A stretch of 64,000 bases of DNA from the human T2T-CHM13v2.0 reference genome, Homo sapiens, in the NCBI RefSeq assembly GCF_009914755.1, contig NC_060935.1; one strand, given 5' to 3'. The notes beneath the pieces are model-generated. The model was not told the DNA's origin and did no database searches. It was given only the letters and a program-made list of their open reading frames with translations. Of the stretch, positions 31,411 through 45,400 are shown piece by piece. Each line of letters begins with the position of its first letter. Within the stretch, counting starts at the first letter, position 1. Both the position numbers and the translations under genes were made by a program.

Positions 31411-33192
31411 GCTCAGTCAAGGCATGAGTTTTCTACTCAGGCAAGCTTGAGCTCGGATCTGAGTCCTGCCACTCTCTAGTTATGTGATGCTGAACAAGTT
31501 GCCTACCTTCAGAACTTGTTTGCTCATGTGTGAAGGAGTGTAGGACTTGCCGGCAGGTCCCAGTGAAGATGGAGCAGGCTCATGTGTGCGTAGCTACCAG
31601 CCCATATACCAGTGGCCTGGCATGTCCTGGAAAGGTAGTTCCGCTAGAGCTGGTGTGCTCTGAGGACCCTTTGCCTGTCTCGGAACCATCAGCAGTTCAA
31701 GAACTCCCTGGCGGCATGATGGCATCTCCTCTTGCTTTCATTTTTTCCCCCAAAAGCCTGGCATTGGCTATACCCACTTCTGGTTAGAACCATCTCTTGC
31801 GCTCCTCTTGCAATTGATATTTACTAGATAACCACTATTTCGCCCCAGGCTCTTGCTAGGCACAAGAGTTTGAACAGAAAACAAGATAAACATGAATCCT
31901 GCTCTTGCAGAGCTCAGGGTCCAGCAGGGGAGAAAGATGTCAAATAAGGTTTGCCTCAGACCTAAAGCATGTATAAAATAGACATTCTTTATTTTACTTG
32001 AAAATCAACTTAATTTCTACTCTGAATGCCTATCCTGCCAGATCATCAAGAAATTCAATCTCAGCCTTTCTCAGAGCTCTCTGACCAAGGTGAAGCAAAG
32101 GTCCTGTGTCTTACACAGTGCTCAAGCACCAGGGAGGCCCCCCCAGCAGACATCAGCATCAGCCCACTGTGGTCACTATGGTGATGCCCACTTGCCATCC
32201 TGGCCCATATGGTTCCCTTACCATGCTTGGAGCAGAGTCTTGGTGAGGCTGGGAACCTAGGAGCCCAGCCTCCCTAAGTCAGCCTGCATCCTGCCACTTG
32301 GAGGTGAATTGCTTCCGTGGGCCCTATCTCAGAGGGTACGTGGCTCCTCGCTGCTCATGGAACCCACAGACTGCTCTGTCTCTGCCCCATCCTCTTTTCC
32401 AGGCTTTATTTTAGGGAAGATGGTATTCTTTTCCTCTCATCCTCAGAGCCTCCCCCCTCTACTCACACCCACCACAACACCCAGCAGAATCTTCTCAAGG
32501 GACTCAAGCTCTGGAGACAAAAGACAGGAAGGGAAATCTTGCAATCCATTACTGTTTTCTGCCATGCCACAAACATCCCCTGAGGACAGGAAACCTAGAG
32601 CCTGCTCCCTGCTGGAATGAAAGAAGAAAGAAGAAAGGGAAAAAAAGTCCAAGGGAACACACACATGAATTAATATTTGAATGAATCGTCCTGCTGGGAC
32701 AGGCCAGCCTTGAGCCAGCCAGCATCAGGAAGCCAGGTTGGGGAGGCATGGAACAAGGGACCCCCCAAGGTGGTGGCTGACATGAAGGTTCTGAAATGTG
32801 GGGAAATCCAGCATTTGCCTCATGATGATCTCAGAAAAAATGAGATGGGAGAAGAAAGAGAAAGTGTCAGACCCAACCAGAGTGTGAGTCCTGTAGGAAC
32901 CTCACAGGCAACATGGGAAGAGGAGGCAGAACCAGGAAGCCCAAATGAGTGCTCTCCAGCCCAGCAGGTCCTTCCCTATGGCCCATGGCATCCTGGCCCT
33001 GGACGTGGGGAAGCCTTGCCTGCGCACCACTCCTAGTTACAGGGAGCTCGCTTCCTCCCAGGGTAGCCTCTTCCAAACTGCTGTCCCCATTGGGTATAAG
33101 TCTCTTTTTTTTTTTTTTTTTTTTTTGTGAAACAGGGTCTCACTCTATCGCCCAGGCTGGAGTGCAGTGGCATGATCTCAGCTCACTGCAAC

Positions 33193-34176
<984 letters not shown>

Positions 34177-35044
34177 TGAACTCCTGGGCTCAAGCGATCC
34201 TCCCACCTCAGGCTCCCAAAGTGCTGGAACTACAGCCGCGAACCATCACACCCGGCCTAGGCATAAGTCTTCTTCCAGCTAATTTTTTGCTTTTAATTCT
34301 GACCTCAGCCTACATAGCAAAATAACTAAATTACACTCCACTTGCCCACTTGTATTCAGATGACCCTGTGCCCATAGCAACTTCTCCAAGATTTTGTTTC
34401 CTCATCTAAAAAGTGTGCACGGTAATAGTACCTGCCTCACACAGTTTTGTGTTAGAGAAATGTAGGTAGAGTACTCTGGGGCCTTGGCCTTGGTTGCCCC
34501 CTTCCTTCAGGGTGTACCAGTGAAGTGCTCAGGCTCTGGAGCCAAGCCGTCTGGATTCAAATCCTAGCTGGACCACTTATTATCTGTGTGAAATAAGTTG
34601 AAATAAGTTATTTTCTCTCTGTGTCTCAGTTTTATCACCTGACAAAAAGGGATTATTATGGTATCTACTTCATTATTTAAAAAATGATTTTTGACTCTTA
34701 TTTCCTTCTCCAAGTTGTTGGTAGGGACGTATATACTTCAGGAGGTTGTGAGGTTTCGGTAAGTTATGCATTAGTCATTAGAACAGTGCCCAGCATACAG
34801 TAAGTGCTTAGTAGGCATTAACCGTTATTTATCATTATTTCCTTTCTTATTTCTGACAGTCAGAAGATGGTGATTGTGCCCCCTCCCTCCACACACATGA
34901 TATTCTCTTCCCCTCTTTTTCAAGAGTTGCACATGGGCCGTTCCCACCCAGGTGGAGGGACATACTCCAGGGTGTCCATGGGAATCTTCACAGCTTGGAC
35001 CCAAAGCTGAGCCCATCCTCTGGGTGCGGCCTGATTCATCCAAG

Positions 35045-35520
35045 AGGAGCAGTGACAGTGGGAGTGAAGATTGACTGGATTGGTGTGTTGGTGTTTTGGG
35101 TAACATTGGTGGTGATGATGGCAGTGGCGATGGAGATGAGGCTGGTGATACTGATCTTGGTGAAGACAGTGGTAGTGATGATGATGTTAGAGACAGTGAT
35201 AATGATATTGATGATTCTGATCATCATCATGGTGGTAGTGATTCTGAAGGTTCAGGTGACAGTGATAATGATGATTGTGCTGGTGGTGGTGATCATGACA
35301 GAGACAACAATAACAATCATCACATCGTGATGGTAATGTCGTGACTAAATTTGTCATTTAGTCACAACGATATGGGTGATGTGAATGAGGGTGATATTTA
35401 AGCTGAAAGGAATAGAAATGATGATGATGATTATGGTGGTGATTTTCCTAAAAATGTTGGTGATTATTATGATGTTAATAGTGGTCATGACAACTAACCC
35501 ATGTGGATACTGGTGATGAC
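35045..35520 (+). repeat. Degenerate (GAT/GGT)n trinucleotide low-complexity region
   Basis: Direct reading; gives the V/I/M-rich and D/G-rich spurious ORFs. Confidence 0.9.
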
Positions 35521-35740
35521 AAAGTTTAACCACAAGAATTTTATTCATCCTTTCAAAACCACTTGTTGGGTACCTATAGGGCCAAGAACAAATGGAACAC
35601 TGCAGGCCTCAATTGCTCCTGAAGAGATGACAGGGCTCTCACCCTCTCCTCTCCAAGACCTCTCCTCCCCAGCCCACAGCCAACTCTGAGTGGGGTTGCT
35701 GGCATCCAGCGGACTGTCCTTGGTTTTGTGTCTCCTTCAG

Positions 35741-35843
35741 GGCAAGGACTCTCCCTCTAAGCAGAGCCCTGGGGAGTCCACGAAGAAGCAGGATGGCCTA
35801 GTCCAGATTGCACCAAACCTGACTGTGATCCAGTTCATTAAAG
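35741..35843 (+). CDS. SLCO2B1: SLCO2B1 exon 8 (103 nt; GKDSPSKQ...VIQFIK)
   Basis: tctccttcag|GGC ... AAAG|gtaagt; phase 0/1. Confidence 0.97.
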
Positions 35844-36047
35844 GTAAGTCAGCTCAGACCAGGTTATGGGGAGCCAGGGCCAGAGGGGTCTTCGAGATTG
35901 TCAGGATCCAGTCCTTCCTGCTTTTCTTGATTCATCTTCTCTACCTGCAGACCCCTCATGAGCACCATCTACTCCTTGTGAGTCTTTGCACATGCAATCC
36001 TCTCTGCCTGGACCATCATTTTTTATTGCTTTCAAAACCTTCCCTAT

Positions 36048-36340
36048 GGGCCAGGCATTGCGGCTCATGCCTGTAATCCCAGCACTTTGGGAGGCCGAGG
36101 TGGACGGATCACTTGAGGTCAGAAGTTTGAGACCAGACTGGCCAACATGGTTAAACCCTGTCTCTACTAAAAATACAAAAATTAGCTGGGCATGATGGTG
36201 GGCACCTGTAGTCTCAGCTGCTTGGGAGGCTGAGGCAGAAGAATCACTTGAACCTGGGAGGCAGAGGTTGCAGTGAGCCAAGATCACACCACTGCACTCC
36301 AGCAGACAGAGACTTCATTTCAAAAACAACAACAAAAAAC
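36048..36340 (+). mobile_element. Alu (AluS-like)
   Basis: TSD aaaaccttccctat. Confidence 0.94.
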
Positions 36341-37200
36341 CTTCCCTATCCGTCTAGGTCCAGCTAAAAACCCACTACTTTCCCCACATGTCCAGCTCTT
36401 CCAGCCAGCAAAGCCACTTCCTTCCCTCTTTGGTTCTCAGAACCCTCAGGGCTTCTAGATCAGTTCAGATCTGAGCCTGTGTTCCTGAAGGTCAGGCCTG
36501 TGCTGGCTCATCTATGACCCTTCCTCTCCTCCCACCCACTGCTGAGCCTGCAAATGGGAGGCCATCGGGAAATTGTCAAATTTCCAGACAGTGGCATGGG
36601 CGAAGAGAGCTCTGGGCTAATATCCAGAACCTGGGCTTTTGTCCCTGATCCCTGCTCCTTTCTGGGCCTCCGTTTCCCCATCTATATAGCCAGGAGTAGA
36701 CTCAATGATCTAACGTCTTGAGGCTATGATCCTGAGACTACGAACTCAGTCTATCAGTAACCAGAGTACACATTATGACCAGGCCATTCTTTCTCAAGAT
36801 TATGACCCCAGGAGCATTGATTGAGTGCCTGCCGTGTGCCCAGCTCTTACAGAGCACTGGATGGCAGGTCAGAAGACTTGGATTTGAGCCCTGCCCCTAA
36901 CAGTGACCAGTGTATAATCTTAAAGAAGTTAGTTTCCTTTTCTAAATTGAGTTTCCTCATCTGGAAGATTGGGTCAATAATCCTTGCTCTGCCTGTCTCA
37001 AGGGCTATTACGAGAATCAAATGAGACGAAACATGGAAAGCCTCTTTATGCTATTAAAAAAAACTGTACTTATATATAAGGTACAATTATTTCAATTATT
37101 ACTCTTGTTCCACCGTTATTCTGACCATGCCCTAGGATAGTAAATTGAGCTGCCTGTGGTTTAGGAGGGCATGTCCACAGGAGTTGCCTCATAGTCCTTA

Positions 37201-37812
<612 letters not shown>

Positions 37813-38039
37813 CTAGAGCAAGTGTTCTAGGCCAGATTGTCTCTGGTGGTTTCAGCTTCTACATGAGCCTGGAGGGAATCAGGGCAGGGGTGCCCTCAGG
37901 CCCTGTGGCTGGTGAGCCAGCCTGGCTTCTGCTGAGCTCCAGGGGCCAGTCTAACTCTAGGGCCTGGCCTTGACCACCTGGTGTCACAGGGAAGGCCGAG
38001 GGAGGAGGAACCATGGTCCTTCAGCTGGAGGTGCCCTAT

Positions 38040-38530
38040 ACTCTTGGGGAAAGATAATCCCTGAGCTAGGAAAGGCCCCTGTCAGATGGGGGAGACAGTC
38101 TCTGAGCTGGGGGAAGCCCCTGTCTAATGTGAGAGATACAATCTCTCTGATGGAGGTTACGTAGTCCCTGAATGGAGCGAGACCCTGCCTTGTCTGATGG
38201 AAGAGACCTGACCTCTGTGATGGAGAAGGCCCCTGTCTGATAAGGGAGACGTAGTCCTTGAACTAGAGGAGGTTCCTGGGGGAGACATTGCCCTTGAGTT
38301 AAGGGAAGCCCCTACCTAATTGGAAGAAGCATAGTCCCTAGACTGAGGGAGAACCTGTTCTATTTGACAGAGGATACCTGGCCTCTAGCTGGGTGAGGCT
38401 CCTGGCTGATGAGGAAGACAGAGTCACTGACTTGAGGGAGGCCCTGGCTTGTCTGATGGGGGAGACACTGTGCTGTGCTAAGGGAAGCCCTGTCTCATGG
38501 CAAAGGTCTGCCTCAGAGCTGGAGATGGGC
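38040..38530 (+). repeat. Degenerate tandem array, ~41-47 bp unit, about 11 copies
   Basis: Recurrent core (c)ctgtctgatgggggagac. Confidence 0.75.
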
Positions 38531-40189
38531 CCTGGAATTCCCCTGCAGGTAGACCTATCTCAGTGAAAGGCATAGCCTCTGCCCTCCAGGAATTTTCCAT
38601 CTATTCCGGTGCCATGCTGTGGATGCTGAGGAGAGATGGGGGATGGCTACAAAGCACACTGCAGTGATCAGTGCAGGAGAATGGACTGGAAGCAATCCAT
38701 GAGATGGAGCCCTTTGGAGTCAGGCAGCCAGAGAGGCACAGGATGGGGGAGGGAGGATAGAAGGGAGGATGGACCTTGTACTAGGAGCCAGGAGACCCTA
38801 GGAAACTCCTGGCCTTAAACTGGCCTCTGGATGAACTTGGGCGAGCCCCTGTCCCTCTCTAGACTCTACCATGCAGTAGGGGCACCTGTACAACCTGGAC
38901 CATGCCAGATTGAAATTCATGGCTCAATATAAGGCCTCAGATGCCCTGGCCAGAGCAGCTTATGGCAAGAAGGCTGAGCAGCTACCTGGGGTCAGAGCGA
39001 GCCTCATACCTCTTCACTCTAATGCTAGTTAAATGCATGGTGTGCAGCAAGGAACCAGGGACAGGAGGCAGGCCTGGCACAGAAAAGAGGGGGAATTCCA
39101 CAGCCCCCACCCACCGTCCTGAACTGTTTGTTTTTATTTTCTGGTTCCCAAGGAAACAGATCCTAGCCTGGCCCAGGGGGCTAGGGAACCAGCTGGCTTG
39201 GCCCTGCTCTGAGGACAGACAGAAATCTTCCCATGACAGAGGCCCTGGTCCTGCTGCTGCAGGAACAGAAGGAGCCCCCACCTGGCCCAGAGAATCCCCA
39301 TGGCCCTACCAGCCCAGCCGGGCAAGTGTTTTGCTCCTCTCCCTCCATACCTTATATTTGACTTCAGTCTTGCCTACTGCAGGCAGAAACACAGGTTAGT
39401 GGAGAGAGGATTTCATGTGTCTAACAGAAAATGTCCTTGACACTTTCACCTGGGCTGCCCCTACCAATGAGCATCACTTGGCTGCTGGAGCCCAGAGAGG
39501 AAAGGACTTACCCACCCTTTTGTGCCCTTTGGTTTAGCAGACTTGCAGTGGGGGCAACCTGTGAATGAGGCACCATTTTAGGAGCTAGCAGGAGACTGGG
39601 GAGGTAATTTTTTGCCAAAACAGTCACTTTTTTTCCTAACTCCAAGCATTTGCCCCTCCTGGGCCCCTACTCAATTCCTTTTCCTCCTCGCTTTACCTCC
39701 CCAGATCCCCCCCACCATTCTTTAGGCCCTAGCTCTGTCCCACCTCCAGGAAGTCTCCCAGCACCAAGCAGACTCAGATTTCACTTTCTCTGGAGGTCTT
39801 TGATTCTGCCCCAGACATATTGACATTTGATCACATATTAGTCCATATATCCATTCATTCCTTCCTTCATTCCATGAATTCAGGTGCCTCCTATATCCCA
39901 GGCTCTGGAGATTTAGTAATTAACACAACAAACAAAACCCCCTGATCTTTTAAAGAAGGCTTACGTTCTGGTAGGGTGACAATAAAACAGCTAGATGAGT
40001 GAGAGGTATAGTACGTTAGGTAGAGGGCTATGGAGAAATGCAAGCTAAGGATAGGGAGGTCAGGGCAGAGGATTGGGGCCTGTGTTTGGGATGCGAAGGA
40101 GGATGAAGGCCTGGGAGGCTTGGAAAAAGCTGTAGCAGGACAGGATGGAAAGAACTGGGTGGGGCGGGGGAGAGGAATGAATACGTAGA

Positions 40190-40745
40190 GTAGAAAAAAT
40201 GAAATGACATGGGATGGGATGGACGAAATTGAATCAAATAGGATGGCATGAACCAGAACTATATGGAACTGAATAGAATTGAATGGAAGAAAAAAACACA
40301 TCAAATAAGATATAGTCTAACTCAGTGGAACAAAATGAAACAGAATTTCAAAAATGAACTGGAACAAGGGCCAGGCATAGTGGCTCACGTCTGTAATCCT
40401 AGCACTTTGGGAGGCCAAGGAGGGTGGATTACTTGGGGCCTAGGGTTCGAGAGCAGCTTAGCCAACAAGGCAAAACCCATCTCTACTAAAAACACAAAAA
40501 TTAGCCAGCATGGTGGTGCACACCTGTAGTTTCAGCTACTCGGGAGGCTGAGGCCGAGAATCACTTGAACCCAGGAGGCAGAGGTTGCAGTGAGCTGAGA
40601 TTGCGCCACTGCACCCCAGCCTGGGCGACAGAGAGAGAAAAAAAAAGGGACTAGAGTAAATGGAATGGAGTCAAGTGGGATAAAATTGATTGCAATAGAA
40701 TTAAGTGGAATGGGGCGGGTTAGAAGAAATGGAACTGCTTGAACT
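40190..40745 (+). repeat. Degenerate purine-rich pentamer (GAATG/GAATA-like) tract split by an Alu
   Basis: gggatgggatgg...gaatagaattgaatggaa...aatggaatgga on both sides of the Alu. Confidence 0.6.
40368..40647 (+). mobile_element. Alu (AluS-like)
   Basis: Alu consensus with a short tail. Confidence 0.92.
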
Positions 40746-40822
40746 GAGCAGGGCAGGAGGGCAGTCTCTGCTGGACAGCTTGGCTGCCCTGCCTGCCCTG
40801 ACCTCTGCACTCGCCCCCACAG

Positions 40823-41180
40823 TCTTCCCCAGGGTGCTGCTGCAGACCCTACGCCACCCCATCTTCCTGCTGGTGGTCCTGTCCCAGGTATGCTTGTCAT
40901 CCATGGCTGCGGGCATGGCCACCTTCCTGCCCAAGTTCCTGGAGCGCCAGTTTTCCATCACAGCCTCCTACGCCAACCTGCTCATCGGCTGCCTCTCCTT
41001 CCCTTCGGTCATCGTGGGCATCGTGGTGGGTGGCGTCCTGGTCAAGCGGCTCCACCTGGGCCCTGTGGGATGCGGTGCCCTTTGCCTGCTGGGGATGCTG
41101 CTGTGCCTCTTCTTCAGCCTGCCGCTCTTCTTTATCGGCTGCTCCAGCCACCAGATTGCGGGCATCACACACCAGACCAG
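40823..41180 (+). CDS. SLCO2B1: SLCO2B1 exon 9 (358 nt; VFPRVLLQ...GITHQT)
   Basis: cccccacag|TC ... ACCAG|gtgagt; phase 1/2; hydrophobic TM segments. Confidence 0.98.
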
Positions 41181-44118
41181 GTGAGTGTGTGCGTGGGCAC
41201 GTAAAGGCAAGCCTGGGAGGACAGGACAGGGAGGACAGGGGCCCTGGGCAGAGGCCAGGATGGCAGGGCAACCCCTGCCTCAAATCTTGCCTCCCCAGTT
41301 CTGCTTAACAGCCCTTTAGAGATTCGAGTCAAGCAGTGGGGTGCTCCAGAAGGCTCCAGGGTAGGTGTCAGGCACCACTGGAAGGGGCATGGATGAGACT
41401 TCAGGGGCAGAAACTCTCAAGCCCAGGAGGGTGTGGAGGCTGAGATAGGGCAGAGCCACCCATGGGATGGCATGTCCAGGGTGACCAAGCCCTGTGGGCC
41501 CAACAGAGATGAGCCAGAGGCTACATCACAGGAGCCAGGACCCAGCTCAGCCAGAGGAATGGCCTGCCCAGGAGGAAGCATGCTCTCCATCCTGGGGACG
41601 AGAGGGGATGAGAGGGTGAGCAAGGGACTGGATGGCCCCTATCAGGGAGGCTGCAGAGGGGACTCAGGCACTGGGAAAAGATTGGACAGCAGACCTCTGA
41701 TAATTTTGGGTTTTAGAGCTTGGGAGCTAAAATTCTGATATTCCACGACTCTAAAATTACAGAATTCTTTTTCCACATCTGTGAGGCAGCACCTGCCTCT
41801 GCCCTCCGGGAGGAAGTCTCTTGATTTCTATCTCTCCAATTCTCCCTCACACCTTTACCCTTGGGAGCCTTCTTGGAGAGGATGTTGGAAGTCACATTCC
41901 TGCCTCTTCTCCAGAATGATTTCATTTTTCCTGGAAACTGCTCCAGGCTTAGGTTGGCCCAACACTCGGCTAGAATTTCCCAACTTTCTCTGTACCCACC
42001 CCTTCCTTGGCATCTTCTGCCTCCACCTAGGTGCCAGCTTTCATCACCAGGGGTCCTCCTGCATGGCTGTCGGGGGCTCAGCTCAGGGCCAAGGAGCACC
42101 CAGCCCCTCCCCGTCTGTCCCAGGTCCCACCCTCGCTGATCTCTCCCCCATCTCCCCTCCCTCCTCCCCCTTTCATTCTCTGCCCCTCTTTTCCCACATA
42201 GGGAGGCAACTCTGCTCTCTAGCCTGGGGCCTCCTGTGTGCGGAGCCTTGTTCTAGGCACTGCAGCGGGGGTTTAGCCACCTCCTCAGGAAGTCCCTGGT
42301 CTGAGGAGGGAGCCAGGTCCTCAATCAAATGATTTTTAGAGTAAAAAGTAAATGGATATTTTATCACAATTTTTTAAATAGTGCAGAAAAAGTCAGCTCA
42401 TCTCACACACCCCATCTCTCTTTTCTTCTCCCTTTCACACCTTAGCTTTGACATCTCATGTCACCTCTGTTCTCGTCTAAATTCTTGCGATTTATTCACT
42501 AAGCTCTGGGTTCTAATTCACTGAAGAGACCATTTGGGACCAACTGAGCTAGGCAAGAAGAACTTTCCATATTTCTGCACAACCGCAGGTACTAACAGCT
42601 GCAAGAACCGACGGTCTCCCTTCGCTCAGCGTCTTCCCACGTTACCTCTCACTGAACCCCCACAGGATCTCTGTAATGGGTCCTGTTATTAGCCCCATTT
42701 CACAGATGAATACAGCAAGGCTCAGAGAGGTGAAGTCACCCCACAGCTGGAACAGGGTAGAGCCTGGAGCCAGGACTCTCCCCACAGAAGCAATCAGCTC
42801 CAGGTGGTCAATGACAGCGAGGAGCGGAGGAAGGACTCCCTAGCTCTTATCTGCTCAGCTTTCCAGCTGCTAGCAGAGGGTTCTGGGAAGTGCTTCACCC
42901 TTGGCAGAGTCCCCTGGCACTGCCTCCTGATGGGCCCTCAGCTCAGACAGTGCCAGCCTTCCCACTCCCACCCCCACCCCGAGGGAGATGTGCCAAGATG
43001 TTGTCAGACACACACAAGCACTGTCTGGCAGAGGAGGAAGAGGAAATATTTTGTGGCTGATGATCTTCCTTCCCTCTCTGATAGAGTGCCCCCTCACCCC
43101 AGGGAGGGAGAGGAGCTCACTTTGCCCCATGCCCCACTTCCCCACTCCACACCCTGGCTAGAGACTGTCTCCAGCTCCTGCTCACCCTCTTCCCCATGGA
43201 ACTGACATTTCACTAAGCTCCAGTCCCAGCCTCACTGATCATCCTGGGCCTCTGCCCCACACCCACCCCAAGCCCAAGACAGGGACATCCAGCTTCCGCC
43301 TTTGGCCTCCTCTGCAGCCTGGCCACTGGACCCCTGTGTGACCCTGAAAGGCGCAGCCTCTCTGGGCCTCTGTCTCCCTGGCAGGTTAGCTGTGCTCCCC
43401 GCTAGCGTGAAGCCAGGTGACACTGTGAGTCCCAGGGGACACCTCCCTGCCCTCCTCCCAGGGTGACCTCCCCCTCAGACTAAGCCTCCCTCTGACATCC
43501 TGCCCCTGCCCACCTTCACCTTGCCCTGGCCACCTGGAGCTGGGGCACCCCAGGGATTTGGGAACAGGCCCTTGGAGGGAGGCAAGTGGGACTAAAATGT
43601 GCCCTGGACACAGTGAACAGGGTGGTGGGAGTGAGACTGCAGGATGGCCATGACAGGCAGAGAAACTGAGGCCCAGAGAGGCAGGAACAGGCTGGAGATC
43701 CCACGGGTGGTCAGGTCTCCTGATCGGGTCCCACACTCATAGCTCTGATTTTCTGAGAAATGAAGCAATCATTGATTTTCGGAGAAAGGAAGCTGATTGA
43801 GGGAAAGATACTCCTCATCTGACACTAACTTCTGGGAGGAATTTATCTTGTATACCCTGTAGAAGGGTCACTGAGGTGCAGAGATGTTTGAAGAAGCTCA
43901 AAGGCTTGTAGGATTGAGGGGGCCTGTCTCCATACTTGCCCACCTTCATTGCAAGGAGCTCACTATCACGCCATCATCGGGCAGCCCTGATGATGAAAAT
44001 CCTCTGTGTGGAGCTGAAATCTCTGGCCATTGCTCTCGGCTACAGGGCCGAGGATGCCCCAGCTAGTGGCCTAAGGGAGGGAAGCCAGGCCAACCCTACT
44101 GGTCTTCTCTCCCACCAG

Positions 44119-44284
44119 TGCCCACCCTGGGCTGGAGCTGTCTCCAAGCTGCATGGAGGCCTGCTCCTGCCCATTGGACGGCTTTAACCCTGTCTGCGAC
44201 CCCAGCACTCGTGTGGAATACATCACACCCTGCCACGCAGGCTGCTCAAGCTGGGTGGTCCAGGATGCTCTGGACAACAGCCAG
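44119..44284 (+). CDS. SLCO2B1: SLCO2B1 exon 10 (166 nt; SAHPGLELSPSC...LDNSQ), Kazal-like loop
   Basis: ctcccaccag|T ... CAG|gtgagt; phase 2/0; CSC...PVC...YITPCHAGC motif. Confidence 0.97.
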
Positions 44285-44452
44285 GTGAGTCAGGCCTCTC
44301 GTGGCAACCTCTGCCCCTCAGGACTCTGCCTGCCCTGTCTCTGTGGGCCTGTCATACTCTCCACTTCTGCATGCTCTCACTCTGTAGCTCTCGTCTCTCT
44401 GTCTCTCTCTGTTGGCAGATGTAGAACATTATTCTCACAATAAGCTTTCACT

Positions 44453-44735
<283 letters not shown>

Positions 44736-44739
44736 AAGC

Positions 44740-45400
44740 TTTCATTGCCAGCCTGGGCCCAGGGCACAGAGGTGAATCATTCTGGCTTCCAGATCTCTGT
44801 GCAGGGGAGATGCAAAAGGAAAGAACTCACAGGAATTCCAGAGGTGCTGATAGGTAAAACAACTGGTCCCTACAAGCACATACAAAGATGAAAAGAGACA
44901 CATCCCACCTGGGTGGGGTTGGGTCCCAGAAGCCTTCATGGGAAGTGGCATTTGTGCCAGACATTCAAGAATGAATGGGTAAACTATTCATTTACTTGGG
45001 AGGGAAGGGCTTTCCAGGCAGGGGGAAATGCGCTCAGCAGAGATTTGAAGGAACACACATGCGCAAGCATGCACACACACTGTTTCTGTTGGAGCAGAAG
45101 CACAAGGGTTCATGAAGGGAAGGCAGGGCCCAGAAAAAGAGGGGCCTTGAATGCCAGGCCAAGAGTGGGGACTTTCTGGAGAGCAGTGGGAAGCCATGGA
45201 TGGGTTTTCAGCCAAGGAGTAACAAGTTCAGATCTGTGTTTGATCACGCTTGAGGCCATAGTGTGGGGGCAGGTGAGCAGAGTACAGGATAGGACACAGA
45301 AGGCTAGCGAGCATTCAGTCAGTCAGTCAGTCAACAAACTTCACTGATCTCTTCCTCTGTGCCAGGCCCTGTTCTGGGAGCTGAGGACTCAGAGCCAAGG
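44740..45400 (-). mobile_element. L2-like fragments
   Basis: Typical ccaggcagggggaa...gggaagccatgga...gttttcagc and cattcagtcagtcaacaaac motifs. Confidence 0.45.

Noticed and set aside
34995-35344. Very hydrophobic 111-aa ORF and acidic 82-aa ORF
   Set aside because: Explained by triplet low-complexity sequence; no splice or promoter support
38040-38530. Repeat-spacer appearance suggesting a CRISPR array
   Set aside because: Human intron; units are highly degenerate, the inter-core segments resemble each other, and there are no cas genes
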